DNA of 63,618 nt, the filler included, from Octopus bimaculoides (taxonomy: Eukaryota), in assembly GCF_001194135.2 (NCBI RefSeq). It is 9 parts of 5 records of this genome, joined end to end, with 100 filler letters (N's around TTAATTAATTAA, not from the genome) between each part and the next. Parts side by side here need not be neighbours in the genome. Positions count along the whole stretch, not along the records: positions 34,001 to 40,626 come from NC_069007.1; positions 40,727 to 48,797 come from NC_068995.1; positions 48,898 to 61,165 come from NC_068987.1; 6 more parts are not named here. One strand, 5' to 3'. Shown in pieces: positions 37,346 through 51,340 of the stretch. Positions within the stretch are counted from its first letter, which is position 1; each line of letters begins with the position of its first letter. The translations under genes were made by a program, and so were the position numbers. The notes beneath the pieces were generated by a model that was not told the origin of the DNA, ran no database searches, and saw nothing but the letters and a program-made list of their open reading frames with translations.

Positions 37346-37589
37346 ATTGTATATGTATTTTTTGTTCATTTCTCCATCTGTTTTTCTGTGCTTGCATGAG
37401 TTAGATGTTTATATTATTGAGGCATTATTTTACAGCCAGATGCCCTAAAACTTTCACTAACCCTTACCTGGGACAAGTGAAATTGGGATTCTCTTGTTTC
37501 ACATGTGTTCAAAAGCTTGAAGTGAACAGACCGTTCTTCAACAGCAAAAGTAACAACTGTAACACTGCTTGTAGTGTAGCTGATGCCAG

Positions 37590-37790
37590 TGCCACCTGAC
37601 TGGCACCGATGCCAGTGATACATAAAATGCACCCACCACACTCACGGAATGGTTGGCATTAGGAAGGGCATCCAGCTGTAGAAACCTTGCCAAATCGCAT
37701 TAGGGTCAGCTTATCAGTTCTCAGTCAAACTGTCCAACCCATACCAGCATGGAAAGCGGGCGGTAAACGACAATGATGGTGATCATGATG
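37590..37790 (+). mobile_element. RTE-3'-end-type repeat
   Basis: ggcattaggaagggcatccagctgtagaaa...ccagcatggaaagcgggcggtaaacg+(GAT)n tail; matches the reverse complement of 39915-40070. Confidence 0.6.
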
Positions 37791-37859
37791 ATGAAACAGA
37801 CACACACCCATGTAGATATCGATGTATGTGAATATATGTGTGTCTGTGTGCTTTGTGTA

Positions 37860-38020
37860 AGTACAACAGGCTTCCTTCAGTTTCCACCGTCCAGGCTCAC
37901 TCAGAAGGTATTGGTTGGCCCAAGGCAATTGTAGAAGAACCTTGCCCAAGATGTCCTGTGGTGAGGCTGATCTTGAAACCATTGGATTATGAAATGAACT
38001 TCTTAACCACATAGCCATAC
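37860..38020 (-). mobile_element. SINE family B, 5' half
   Basis: Diverged reverse complement of 29204-29371. Confidence 0.65.
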
Positions 38021-38302
38021 CAGGGTGTGTATGTAGTGTGTGGGCGTGCACATGTGTGCATGTGTGTATATGGGCGCACGCGTATGTGTGTGTATGAATA
38101 TAAATATATAGATGTGTATATGTATATTATATGTATATTCATGTATATGTTTATATATATATATAAATTATATATATATGTATGTATATATATATATCTA
38201 TGTATATATATCTATGTATATATATATGTAGAGATATTCATATATGTATATATATATACACACACACACACACTCATGTGTGTATGTATANNNNNNNNNN
38301 AA

Positions 38303-38346
<44 letters not shown>

Positions 38347-39914
38347 TAAAATAGATATATACATATATATATATGTATGTATAGAATACACACACACACA
38401 CACACAAACGCACAGATATACACATATGTATGTATATACAGACATATTTGTAAGTGCCCACATACATATATGCAAATACGTCCACGTGACGGTTTTCCTT
38501 ATTTTGACATCTTTGACAGTGTTAAGAGAAGAACCAAACAAAAGACAAAACTGCTCAAACAACAACAAAAACAAGAAACAGACCAAATTTTCTTAGTGAA
38601 TTGCATGAAACAATGATAAGAGATTATCTTAAAAGTTGAGAAACCTCTACCATTTTAGAGTTTCTTTTATTGCCAGGAAGAGAGAGGTTTAATAATAATG
38701 ATGCTACTACTACTACTAATAATAATAATAATATAACAACAACAATGATAATAATAAAATCAATAATATTAGTAACAACAACTTTTACAGTTTTCGTTTT
38801 TTTAATTTAATAACAAAAGAAATAAAGATTTTTCTAAGTTTTTGAAAAAGTTAAAATGAGAATAACAATAATAATGATCGNNNNNNNNNNNNNNNNNNNN
38901 NNNNNNNNNNNNNNNNNNNNNNNNNNNNNNNNNNNNNNNNNNNNNNNNNNNNNNNNNNNNNNNNNNNNNNNNNNNNNNNNNNNNNNNNNNNNNNNNNNNN
39001 NNNNNNNNNNNNNNNNNNNNNNNNNNNNNNNNNNNNNNNNNNNNNNNNNNNNNNNNNNNNNNNNNNNNNNNNNNNNNNNNNNNNNNNNNNNNNNNNNNNN
39101 NNNNNNNNNNNNNNNNNNNNNNNNNNNNNNNNNNNNNNNNNNNNNNNNNNNNNNNNNNNNNNNNNNNNNNNNNNNNNNNNNNNNNNNNNNNNNNNNNNNN
39201 NNNNNNNNNNNNNNNNNNNNNNNNNNNNNNNNNGTGGTGGTGGTGGTGGTGGTGGTGGTAGTGGTGGTGGTAATGACAACGACGAGATGCTGGTGTTGAA
39301 GAGTTTTGCGATGAATCTGTTGCACGCCAGCTCGAAATAGCAATAAACCACATAAAATAATTATAACGAAAGAAAGATTAAATTAAATTAAGTTGAAGTA
39401 GAAACTGATAGGAGACTGTATGGTAGTGTGAGGTGTAGTGGGAGGAGAAGGGGAGAGAGAGAGAGAGAGTAATGGATGTAAGTGAGAAAGGAATAGGAGC
39501 GTAAGAGAGGGGGAAAGAGTAATAGAGGGAGTGAGTGGGAGAGGAGGGGTGAGAAAAATATATGTGATAATCTGTTAGTCTTTAACTAGTTTAGTTTACT
39601 GAAATGTGGCCATGCTGGAGCACTGATTTTATAAAGAGTTTAATCATTGATATTGATTCTAGTTCATATTCTAGTTTAATCATTGATATTGATTCTAGTT
39701 CATGATCTCTATTTATCAAAGAGCTAGGTTAGCATTCTGTTTCTTTTCAAATAAAGGAATGAGCTACAGATTTACACCATTAGATAGACACAGGTGCACA
39801 CAACCATATGTGTATGTGTATATACACACACACACACGCATATACATGCACATTATGTATGTGTATACATATAATGCATGTATATAATATATATATGTGT
39901 GTGTGTATATCATT

Positions 39915-40380
39915 GTCATCGTTTAACGTCCGCTTTCCATGCTGGCATGGGTTGGACGATTTGACTGAGGACTGGTGAGCCAGATGGCTGCACCAGGCTC
40001 CAATCTGATCTGGCAGACTTTCTACAGCTGGATGCCCTTCCTAATGCCAACCACTCCGAGAGTGTAGTGGATGCTTTTACATGCCACTGGATCGAAGGCC
40101 AGTCAGGCAGTTCTGGCAATGACCGCACTCAAAAGGTGTTTTTACGTTCTATCTGCATGGGAGCCAACCCGGTGGAACTGGCAACAACCACGCTCAAATG
40201 TTGTTTTTCACATGCCACCAGCACATGTGCCAGTAAGGCAATGCTGGGAATGATCATGCTCAGATGGTGCTTTTTATGTGCCACCGGCACGGGACCCAGT
40301 CCATGACCCTGGCAACAGTCACACTCGAATGTGCTTTTAATGTTCCACTGGCACGAGTGCCAATCAGGCAGTACTATCAT
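39915..40380 (-). mobile_element. RTE-3'-end-type repeat with internal 60-70-bp tandem units
   Basis: Same 3' end as 37590-37790, followed by repeated tgccac(c/t)ggcac...gctcgaatg/cgcactcaaa units. Confidence 0.6.
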
Positions 40381-40485
40381 ATATATATATGCACACACAC
40401 ACACACACACACACATGTGTATATATATATACATGTGTGTGTGTGTGTATATGCATATATGCATATGTATATGACAGTACCGCCT

Positions 40486-40596
40486 GATTGGTTGTTGGAG
40501 AATTTCTACAACTTCCCCACCCTTAATTTCTAGCCTCCTAATTCCCCCCAATTGCAATCTCATGGATTACAATGTGTGGGGCAAGATTGAGAAAGA
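40486..40596 (+). mobile_element. 111-bp second copy of the maT-like transposase segment 36970-37080
   Basis: 106/111 identical by eye; shares the TAG in place of the WPP tryptophan and the GAT|TGGTTG junction. Confidence 0.9.
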
Positions 40597-41857
40597 TGTT
40601 TACACACACACACACACATATATATANNNNNNNNNNNNNNNNNNNNNNNNNNNNNNNNNNNNNNNNNNNNTTAATTAATTAANNNNNNNNNNNNNNNNNN
40701 NNNNNNNNNNNNNNNNNNNNNNNNNNTATATATATATATATATATATTTATACATACAGACATACATTGTATACGTTTATTTATGTGTTTGTGTTTGTTT
40801 ATAAGCAAGAACATTCTTATATACATATCCCAGCATGCAACGATTAATGCGCCCTAGGATTCAATGCGACAGCTCCTAATTATTTATATCGCATATATGC
40901 AAATAGGAGGATTATTTGCATATAACAGAAATCTCGTATAACTTCATATGGCTTCTTGTTGTAGTTACTGCCATTGGACATCTACTCGACGGAATAGTAA
41001 AAAATGGAGACCCTTTGTCTTACAATATGGACCCCACTGGGTAATTAAACGACCACGAGGTTTCTTGGACGGCCTTCACACATATATGGATAGGTAAAGA
41101 CATACAAATATACATTCATATGTATGTATATTGAATTTAATATATATATATATGTGTGTGTGTGTGTTTGTGTGTATGTATACGTACATACATGCATGCA
41201 TGCTTCGCGTACGTAGATACAAAGTACACATACTCGCATACAATCATAAGTACATATATATGCACACATACAGATATATATATACACCTACGCAGCAAAT
41301 CAATAAACATTTCCTGCTCTCTCTGTGCCTATCCACCATGGCCATCGCCAGAGACTCCATACATATATGCTGACAAAATGGCGCATGTGTTAGTTAATAT
41401 GCTGAACGGAATACCTTACGGCATAACATGATTTTAGTTCAATTCCTACCGAGGTCAGCGTTGCTTTCTATCCCTCCGGGGGTCAATAAGTAGATGTACT
41501 AACGTTATGACGGTGCAGTTTTAGAATTATTAGAACGTACGATGAAGAAGCCTTGCGATATTTCTTCCGGATCTTTTTGTTCTGAGCACAAATTCCAGGG
41601 TGGCAGACTTTGTTCGTGGCCATGTTTAATACAACAGTCTGTCCCTCTAGGCCACTCAGTGGCATGGATAAGTTTAAAGAGTCATTGATGCGGTATTTTC
41701 TCGTGTTTTAGCGGTAAAAAATAGCAGTTAAATCGCCCCGAAATCATATTCTGCAGTCTTGAAACAAACTGGAAACTTTGGGCGATGTTGTCCTCCAAAT
41801 GGCTTGAAAGCCGATGAGATGGTCGCAACTGGAACGCCTATGATCATAAGCGTTCGA

Positions 41858-41925
<68 letters not shown>

Positions 41926-42126
41926 ATGGGGCGAAATTAGCAGCGTTGTTATAGCGATGTATAGGCATTTCATGACTCTACGATCCGATTTCGAATCCTT
42001 CCCAAGTCATTTTTGCTTTTCAGTGTTTCAGTCTTGACTCTTCTTTCAACCTTCCATCCCCATCTCCATTTGAAACCATTGTTGTTGTTATTATTATTAT
42101 TAATATTATTATTGTTTTTGTTGTTG

Positions 42127-42191
<65 letters not shown>

Positions 42192-42370
42192 GTTCAGTAG
42201 TTTTAATTTTATAACGTGCTTTCACTTCACTACCGAGCGCAGCTATGTGCGCCTTGGGTATGTGCTGTGGTTTGCTGTGGTGCTCTTATGTTTACTGTAT
42301 TGAAAGTGTTTTGCGTAGAATGTGTGCAGTACTCAGTAGTGCAATTTTCTGTATGTTATATATATTTAAA

Positions 42371-42427
<57 letters not shown>

Positions 42428-43333
42428 GCAATTGTTATTACGATAAGGATGATGACGATGACAGCAAATGTAATAAAGATGCGATGACGACGGTGGTAAT
42501 AAAGTCGATGCTTGCGTGGCTGATGACAGCGACTGCGACGCCATGATGATGATGGCGATGGGGATTGTAATGAAAACGACAATGGTAATAGGATAACGAG
42601 GAAGACGTTGACAGATAAGACGAAACTGCGCGTTAAACATTTCACAAAGAAAGAAATTAAATGGCGATCTGATGTACTTCACTAAACTTTAACTTAATGA
42701 AACAACTCGAGAAATATTCCATCAACAAACACACCTACGGCAAAGTTAAGACAGAAGATTGAATATCCCATGATTCATCATTTCTGCATTCATTTAGATA
42801 AAAATGCAATAAATAAATAAACGAATAACGTTGCTTTGTAAATTGTCACAATGTAGCGCGAATCCGACACTCGATAGATGGTTGTGTGGATTCCTGTTCT
42901 TACCTGCAGGGTGAAATCAGTGAGAATTTCGAAAGAATAACAAGAGGTACTTTCAAAAACAAAGATGGTTGAGAAAGATAGATGTTAGTTGAAATATATT
43001 CACAACGAGGCTCAAAGAAACACACGAACAGCAGACTTTTGTTGCAAATAAATAGAAATTAAAGTTATTTTAGTTTTCTATTTCACAATTTGAAAAACAA
43101 TAACAAATGTTTTGCAGGTATGCGTTTGTTGCCTTTTTTAAATTTTATTTTTTGTTTTTTTGTTTTATTCAGAGTTTACGTTGTGGTTTTTCCTTTACTG
43201 TTTCTTTTTATTTGTTATATTTTTCGCATTTTCTGTTTAGGTTCATTATTGCTGACACACTCTCACACAAACATACACATGCACACTCATGTATATATGC
43301 ATACATATGTATATCTATCTATCTATCTATCTA

Positions 43334-43461
<128 letters not shown>

Positions 43462-43496
43462 CATACATATGTATGTATATATGTATGTATGTGTGC

Positions 43497-43538
<42 letters not shown>

Positions 43539-44429
43539 ATATATGTATATATGTATATATATATATATGTATATGTATATATATATGCATATGTATATAT
43601 ATATATATATGTATATATATATGTATATGTATGTATATACATATATGGGTTGTAATATACATGCATATATGTATATGTACATATATACATATGTATATAT
43701 ACATATATATGCACATACATACGTAGGTATTATATTATCTCAAACAGATGTATGTATACATATATACACAGACATGAGCATATATATAAGTGTATGTATT
43801 TGTGTGTGTTTGTGTGTGTGTGTGTGAGTGTGTTTGTGTGTGTGAGTGTGTAGGTCTACATTCATGAATCTATACATTTCAACAATTGAATATATTTCAC
43901 GAAAACAAATATAAAATGAATAAATTTTATTGTAAAGTAGACGAGATGGTATATATATATATATATATGTAATTTTGAATGTATGTATGTATTGTCTATG
44001 TATGTATATAATTCCTTAACAAAATAAGCAATAAAATATGTCATCTAAGTTACAGTAAAATTTATGTCCTTTATATATTTTTTGTAAAATATATTTAATT
44101 GCTAAAATGAACAGAAACTGAATTAACGAACGAACTTAATCTGAAGTAATTACTGAACTTTTTATAATAATAATAATTATTACAATCCTTCTTTGATTGG
44201 CCTCAAGGGCCATTACATAACGTATTATGCAGAAGGTGTTGTAAAACATTTGATGCACATATATGATAGAATATGTTCGTTTTTAAAATCGTAATATTAT
44301 ATGAAAAACGGGCCAAGAATTTAATTGTAAAGAATGGAAAATAGCGGCGGCGGGGTTCAAGCGGTGAGTGAGGTACATGAAAGTTATACAAAGTTGTGGG
44401 AAGATGGGGAGAAAAATGGTATACCATGT

Positions 44430-44590
44430 AGGCTCAGGCGTGGCTGCGTGGTAAGCAGCTTGCTTCCCAAGTACGTGGTTCCAGGTTCGGTCCCACTGTG
44501 TTGCACCTTGGGCAATTGTATTCCTGTATAGCCTTGGGCCGACCAAAGTCTCGTGAGTGGATTTGATAGGTGGAGACTAAAAGAAGTGTG
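44430..44590 (+). mobile_element. SINE family B, 5' half
   Basis: Matches 29204-29371; followed by (TA)n and a gap. Confidence 0.75.
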
Positions 44591-44819
44591 TGGTGTATAT
44601 ATATATATATGTATGTATATNNNNNNNNNNNNNNNNNNNNNNNNNNNNNNNNNNNNNNNNNNNNNNNNNNNNNNNNNNNNNNNNNNNNNNNNNNNNNNNN
44701 NNNNNNNNNNNNNNNNNNNNNNNNNNNNNNNNNNNNNNNNNNNNNNNNNNNNNNNNNNNNNNNNNNNNNNNNNNNNNATATACATACATATGTATGTGTG
44801 TGTCTGTGTGTGTCTGTGT

Positions 44820-44857
<38 letters not shown>

Positions 44858-44944
44858 CAAACATTCCTTAGCTACACACAAGAGAAAATGTCAAAAAGGT
44901 CAGTTATTCTTCTACAATTTTGGGTAAATTCTTAAATATATCTC

Positions 44945-45545
44945 CTTGTTCAACAGTAACCCACTAGTCAGCAATGCTCGGGCATTAGACGAGCGAGTGC
45001 AGTACAATTTCGTCGCTCAGCGCGCATCTCAGACAGACTCGGATGACAGCACTTCCATGCCATTAGAGGTAATCTTGAACAGGCATTGCTCCCCTGTAGC
45101 AATGCCAGGCCAGAGATTGCTGGAAATTATATATGGATGTAGGCACGAAAGTCCCCCAGAACAAACCAGATAGTTGATTCTTGTCGATGTTCAGAGTCTC
45201 CCCGAAAGCGCTCTCACTCTTGCCCACCACTGTAGAATGCCAGAGTGGAGCTCCCACCGACCGCATTGACCGTTGACAGAGGACTGTGTGCGCCTGACCG
45301 TACTGGGCAGACGCCACTTGTCTGAAAATACCCTCCCTACCGTCTCTACCGTTCACATCCAGGACTACTAACTTACAATCTGGGTCCAAAAAATTAGCTC
45401 GTATCTTGAGACCTAGACTTACCCGGAACAATGCCACAGTTCCATTCTCTATTCTCGATTGACATGGAAATAAGTAAATCTTGTATCTATCGAAAATGGG
45501 CATGAACGGTTGCGGATTCGGAAGTCTGGTCTCGCTCATGGCTAC
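44945..45545 (-). mobile_element. L1/Tx1-clade LINE remnant, APE fused to C-terminal CCHC region
   Basis: FLDPDCKLVVLDV...FR and VLGDFRA (GDFN motif), then CLRCALSDEIVLHSLV*CPSIAD*W (zinc-knuckle-like); no RT between them. Confidence 0.65.
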
Positions 45546-45989
45546 AACATCTATATCTAGTGATCTGAGGTCATTGTGTAGGTGTTCCTGTTTCTAGGTC
45601 ACGTGCATTTATTCTGTACGTCCATGTTAGAGTGTGAGAAAGAAGGAACAGATGAAAGAGCTACTTACAATAATTTGTGGGGGAGGGGATAGATGTTCTG
45701 TTCCTCCGGATATATGTGGCTGTTTCCACGGCCAGTTCTCTATAAAGTCTTTTACTAATGTTTGTTTCAGAAATCCCCTGCTCCATCAGTGACGATGGAG
45801 GTGGAAATTGTAGGTCTATAGTTCGGACAATTTCACATCTTAGTAATTCACTGCTACCTATTAACCTTGCAAGAATGACATGCAATTTTAAACTCAGCGA
45901 GATTTGAACTCAGAAATCCTAAATCATTTTATCCGACGCTCTATGGATTCTGCTAATCCCCTGCGACTGGATTGAAAAATAAAAAAAGT

Positions 45990-46270
45990 AAGTGAATTAA
46001 TAGATTAGCTGCCAGCTTAGATATAAACAACGGTTTATGGCTTGGAGTTCGTTTATGCTGGTTTATTGCGCTAATGGAGATGTTTGTGTGAAGTCACTGG
46101 ACCTACTAGAAATAGCAGCTAAATGGATCTGAAATCACGCCCTCAACAAGAAGAATACATTGGATAATGTAGTCGAAACTATCTGAAGTGATAGGGTGGT
46201 CATAATAAGAATATGTTTAATCGTAGATCTATCTAATCATGGTTGGCCTAGGGCTAAATGGAACAACAAA
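45990..46270 (+). mobile_element. Dispersed SINE-like repeat family C
   Basis: ctactagaaatagcagctaaat...ggtggtcataataagaat...ggctaaatggaacaac; related to 32340-32640. Confidence 0.45.
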
Positions 46271-46361
46271 GCCTCTACTACTATTTCTACCACCGGGACT
46301 ACTATTACTACCGCCACAACTGCTAGCACGGGTCTGGCTACTACTACTACTAATACTACTC

Positions 46362-46398
<37 letters not shown>

Positions 46399-46716
46399 CA
46401 CTACAAGTACTGTTGCTACTGGTATTATTACTGATGCCGCTACTCCTACTATTAATACTACTTCCACTACCACTACTGCTACCACCACTATCACCACCAC
46501 CACTACTACTATTCCTGTTATTCCTACTAGCACTACTACTACTATTACTACTGCTGCTGCTGCTTCCACTGCTGCCGCTGCAGCCACTGGTACTGCTGAT
46601 GATGATGGTGATGATGACGATGATGATGATGATTATGATGATGTTACAACTGTAGCTGTTGCTGCTGCTGCTACTGCTACAACTACTATTGTAATACTAC
46701 TACTACTACTACTACT

Positions 46717-46757
<41 letters not shown>

Positions 46758-47444
46758 CACCACCACATCTGTTAGCACTACTACTACTACTACTATTAAT
46801 ATTACTAATACTATTACATATACTACTACTACTACCTCTATTCCCAATTACTGCAGTCGCTGCTACTACTACTAATAATAATACGAATGCTAATACTTAT
46901 ACTACTGCTACCATTGCTACAATTACTGCTGCTGCTGCTTCGTGCTAATGGACAGAAAATTAAATGAATTAACTGAAGCAGAGAGAGAGAAAAAAAACCT
47001 ACGAAGCAAAAAAAAAGCGAAAGCTGTTGGTTGTATTGTAACAGAGTAAATATGTGTTAAAAATTATTTACAAAGAGGAAGCGATATCGTTAGAGGTGGT
47101 ACTGGTTGGGTTGCGGGGTTGAGAGATGAATAGGGAACTTTGATAAAGTAATCACGGGAGACTCTTGGACACACAAAAAAAAAAACTAAAAAAAGTTACT
47201 TCCATGAAGATAATTCTTCAGTTGATTAGCATAATAAAGGAATTGGTGAAAATGTAAATCTTTCCTCGTCGGTTGTGTAAAATTATTAGATGCAAAATGG
47301 AGGAAAAGATAACACGGTTAAGGATGAGGTAAGGGGNNNNNNNNNNGGGTCACGGCTTCAATAAATGTACTGGAACAAAGAAGATATTGTTTTGTTGTTT
47401 TTTTTTTAGGTGTTTTGTTTACTGTCCTTTTTTTAATATCTTTT

Positions 47445-47667
47445 GTCTTTTACTTGTTTCGGTCATTCAACTGCGGCCATGCTGGGGCGACGCCTTGTAG
47501 GGTTTTTTAATAAAATTAATCGACCCCAGTATCTATGCATTATGTTTCACGCCGAACCGCTAAGTTACCTGGATGCAAACAAACCAACGCAGGTTACCAG
47601 GCTGTAGTGGGAAGAAATGTCAACACAAAGGCACGCAAACAAACATACACGTACACACACATATGTG

Positions 47668-47699
<32 letters not shown>

Positions 47700-47870
47700 A
47701 ATGTATTTATGTATATACGACAGGCTTCTTTCAGTTTCCATCAGCCAAATCTACCTGCAGTGCTTTGGTCGGCCTGGAGCTATAGCAGAAGACGTTTACG
47801 CAAGGTGCCACGCAGTAGGACTGAACCTGGAACCATGTGGTTTGAAAGCCAGCATGCAATTACACCTGAG
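47445..47870 (-). mobile_element. Complete but diverged SINE family B copy showing 5' half, microsatellite, 3' half
   Basis: 3' half about 47445-47640, (CA/TG)n about 47640-47715, 5' half about 47715-47870. Confidence 0.7.
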
Positions 47871-47906
47871 TCTTTTGTTTATGCTTGCTGTTGCTGTTGT
47901 TGTTGC

Positions 47907-47943
<37 letters not shown>

Positions 47944-48545
47944 ATTGTGTTCAGAGTGAAGGGGACTTGTGTTAGAAAACAACTGAAGAGAAAAAATATA
48001 TAACTTTATTATCTTCCTGTTGAGGTTACAGTCAGACATGTTAAATTTGAATGATGACCGATGTTCAGGACAAAGTATTTTGTGGTCAATATCTGAATGA
48101 TATCAATGTTTGACCAAAGAATTGCTTTATTTTTGGTGATGAAATTTAAAAAAATGTGTGTTAGGGAATTTCACATAAAACTGGAGAAAACAATTAAGGG
48201 GCAATATAAATAAATGAAGGCCCCTTAAGTAGGGTGAAAGTTAATCATCTGAAAAGTGAGTGATATTTGTTAATTTGTCGAATAAAAAAAAGCCAAAATT
48301 ACATTACATGATGGCGGCTGAACTGTATAAATATTTACAAAATGGTGGAAAGAATATAGCTTGATGGAGCGTTTTTATGTACTAAACACCGATACTCTAC
48401 GGTACGGGTATGGAATGTAGCGGGTGGATGTTGTCTGATTAGCGAAAATTATCCAAGCAATTTATGGACAAAAACACCTGTGGAGTATAAACTTGAAATA
48501 TATATAAAAAAAAACCACAGGTGTGAGATAGAAGAAGTTAAGCTT

Positions 48546-48610
48546 ATAACTCTGTCGATGGTTATTGGAGCCTTGGAAATAGTAACGAAAAACTCTGAGG
48601 AACGAGTCTA
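48546..48610 (+). mobile_element. Possible REL-endonuclease (R4/NeSL-like) non-LTR C-terminal remnant
   Basis: ITLSMVIGALEIVTKN resembles the xPVVIGALGxVxK motif; short and degenerate. Confidence 0.3.
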
Positions 48611-48963
48611 GAAGAAAATTGCGCCTCTTCTTAGGCCATAAGGAGAGTATCGATAGAATGCGGAATTAAACTGTACAAACACCAATTCCATGGGGAAAAA
48701 AACAGAAAAAAAAGAAGTGGAGGACGAAGACGGGTAGGAAGAAGAAGAAGAAGAAGAAGAAGAAGAAGAAGAAGAAGAAGAAGAAGAAGAAGAAGAANNN
48801 NNNNNNNNNNNNNNNNNNNNNNNNNNNNNNNNNNNNNNNNNTTAATTAATTAANNNNNNNNNNNNNNNNNNNNNNNNNNNNNNNNNNNNNNNNNNNNATA
48901 CATACATACATATAATCATACATACAAACCTACATACATACATACATACATACATAATATACA

Positions 48964-49008
<45 letters not shown>

Positions 49009-49644
49009 AGTAATAATAACAATAATCCTTGAATGGAATATATAAATAATTTAATGTAGCGCTACGCGCATTTCCACAAATCTCATGTCGCTTGATTTCA
49101 CAGCTCGTATTCCAGGGATGATTACTGTGTTGTCCATAGTCTCCGCGGGCTTCGGAGAGATTATCTTCATGGATTCATTTCTTCAGGCTATATATCATTA
49201 ATGTATGTTTAACTGCGTTGTTTATCACTAGAAGGTTGATTGAGGCATGTAGGTATTTCTGTGTGTCGTTGATGAGGAAGAGGGGAAGGTGAACGAAAGA
49301 GAGGAAAGAATGGCAGTTATATGGGGAGGAATTAGTGTGTGGTGATGTTGGACTTATTTTACTATTCAGTTTGCAGATCTCAGAAATGGGTATAATATTC
49401 CTTTGTTCCACCTCATTTAAGACATGAATAGCTCTAATAAAATAGCAAACAGGTCGGCAGGTACATCCACTATAGCCATCAGGTGTTGGACTTCATTGTC
49501 TGAATTAATAAATGATACTTTCTTAGGGTAACCTTTTAATTATTTTCGTGGTACAATGGTATAGTGTAAATGTTGGTTTGCTTTATTTACATTATTTACA
49601 TTATTTACATTCGACGGATATTTGTCTTCATCTTGTTTGTTGTT

Positions 49645-49690
49645 AACAAAACGTTTCGGGTGATATATTCTCCAGTCTTCTTTAGGTGTC
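49645..49690 (-). ncRNA. Degenerate PLE-type hammerhead remnant
   Basis: Minus strand: acac-CTAAAGA-A-GACTG...CACCC-GAA-ACGT-T; core and stem II are mutated. A downstream LKGYPKK (about 49515-49535) resembles the PLE thumb motif. Confidence 0.35.
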
Positions 49691-49741
49691 TTGCGGAAAT
49701 TTCGAACCTGGGAATGAGAATTCCTAAGGTATTTTTCAATG

Positions 49742-49806
<65 letters not shown>

Positions 49807-49811
49807 ATTAA

Positions 49812-49857
<46 letters not shown>

Positions 49858-50155
49858 TGTAGCAGTAGTAGTATTGATACTGTTCAGGTCACTGCTTGGA
49901 ATCAAACTCGGTATCTTAAATGTAGAAATGTTTTGGTTTGCTTGTTTATTTGTTTATGTTCTTATATTTATAAATTCCACCCAAGGACTGTTATTATTAC
50001 TATATTTATGCTACATTATATCGGCACAGCTCGAGGCAACCTTAAAAAACTGGTTCACTAGTCAATATCATTAGACTGTAGTGGGCGTAATGCAACAGGA
50101 GATTTGTTTGCATATTCAAAACGTTTCCCGTGAACAAATTTAATCTATTTATATA

Positions 50156-50200
50156 CTAGCTGACGTAACTGGAATTTCCCGGGAGAGCGGGGCTTACCCA
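50156..50200 (-). mobile_element. Possible Helitron 3' terminus
   Basis: Minus strand: GC-rich cccgggaaattccag segment, then CTAG-T. Confidence 0.3.
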
Positions 50201-50579
50201 TTGGTTCCATTCTCATAATTGTTTCGCTAATCCAATAACAACAATACAAAGAATGTAGCCCATAAAACGGCTTTTGTGCATTTACAGAAAATACTGAACT
50301 GTCTTACACAGGATCTTGTTTTTAGGAATTCCCAAAAAGTTATGAATACTCAAATTTTGATGTCAGTTAGGTAATAACATGAACTTAGTTACGCGATAGT
50401 AAGAATTCGAATAAAGTAGCCATGAAAAGGGCTTTAATGCGTTCCTAGACTATATAGAACATAGGAGGAAATACTAATAAGGTACGTATACTAAAACCGT
50501 GAAGCATGTTACGTAATAACAGGCTAATCAGATATGAGATAATAACAATTCAAAGTAAATAACTCTGAAAAAGGCTTTT

Positions 50580-50976
50580 GTGAGTTCACAGAGAATATTA
50601 CTCTCAGGGGCGCTAGTGTTGGTATATTCGTGAATAAGTCACTACCCGAAGTAAGTGGATCTTTTGTTTAGAAAATTACTATTTACTTGTTTAAGGATAA
50701 ATTGTGAAAATACTAAGAAATAAGCATGCTCAATTTCCTTTTTACCAAACAGTTTATATAAATGAATGGGTTGATTCCCTTGGCTATATATAAGGATCCC
50801 TTCCAGGAGCCCTATTATCGACTTTTCCAACAGTCTGAGTATGTCATGAGGTTTCTAGACATGAGTTCTACTCACGTGTCAGGTTTCATCAAAATCGATA
50901 AAACGATGGAGGAGGAGTTAGCTAACAACTCCACAAACAGACCCACAGACAGAATTTCCCACACATGTAGTACACA

Positions 50977-51035
<59 letters not shown>

Positions 51036-51340
51036 ACACACACATATATAGGACTAGACTCTGCAACAATTTGTATTTGAAGGATTCACATATCTTCAAT
51101 ATCCTTCCAAAAACCATGAGAGGCCTGCATGGTGTGGATGTAGGTGTCTTCAAAACAAAATTGAATCTCCTCTTGTGCAGGATTCCAGATGGGCCTACCT
51201 CGCGGCAAGAAACACAGATGAGGGCAGCGGCATTAAACTTCACCAAATGCCACGTATCAGAGGAGGTATCAAATAGTGCTGCAGCACTGTCAACGGTGGT
51301 GCCCCAGCGTAACCGCAGCCTTGAAGCTGAAACAATTTAA
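50580..51340 (+). mobile_element. Degraded CR1/L2-like LINE pieces
   Basis: RGASVGIFVNKSL (APE motif) at about 50605, and HIFNILPKTMRGLHGVDVGVFKTKLNLLLCRIPDGP (CR1-type C-terminus) at about 51085-51195. Confidence 0.5.

Noticed and set aside
39645-39705. Short tandem duplication gtttaatcattgatattgattctagttcat
   Set aside because: Ordinary local slippage inside a decayed SINE.
46196-46948. 250-aa mucin-like Thr/Ala/Asp/Leu ORF
   Set aside because: Compound trinucleotide microsatellite, open in several frames, with no splice or start context.
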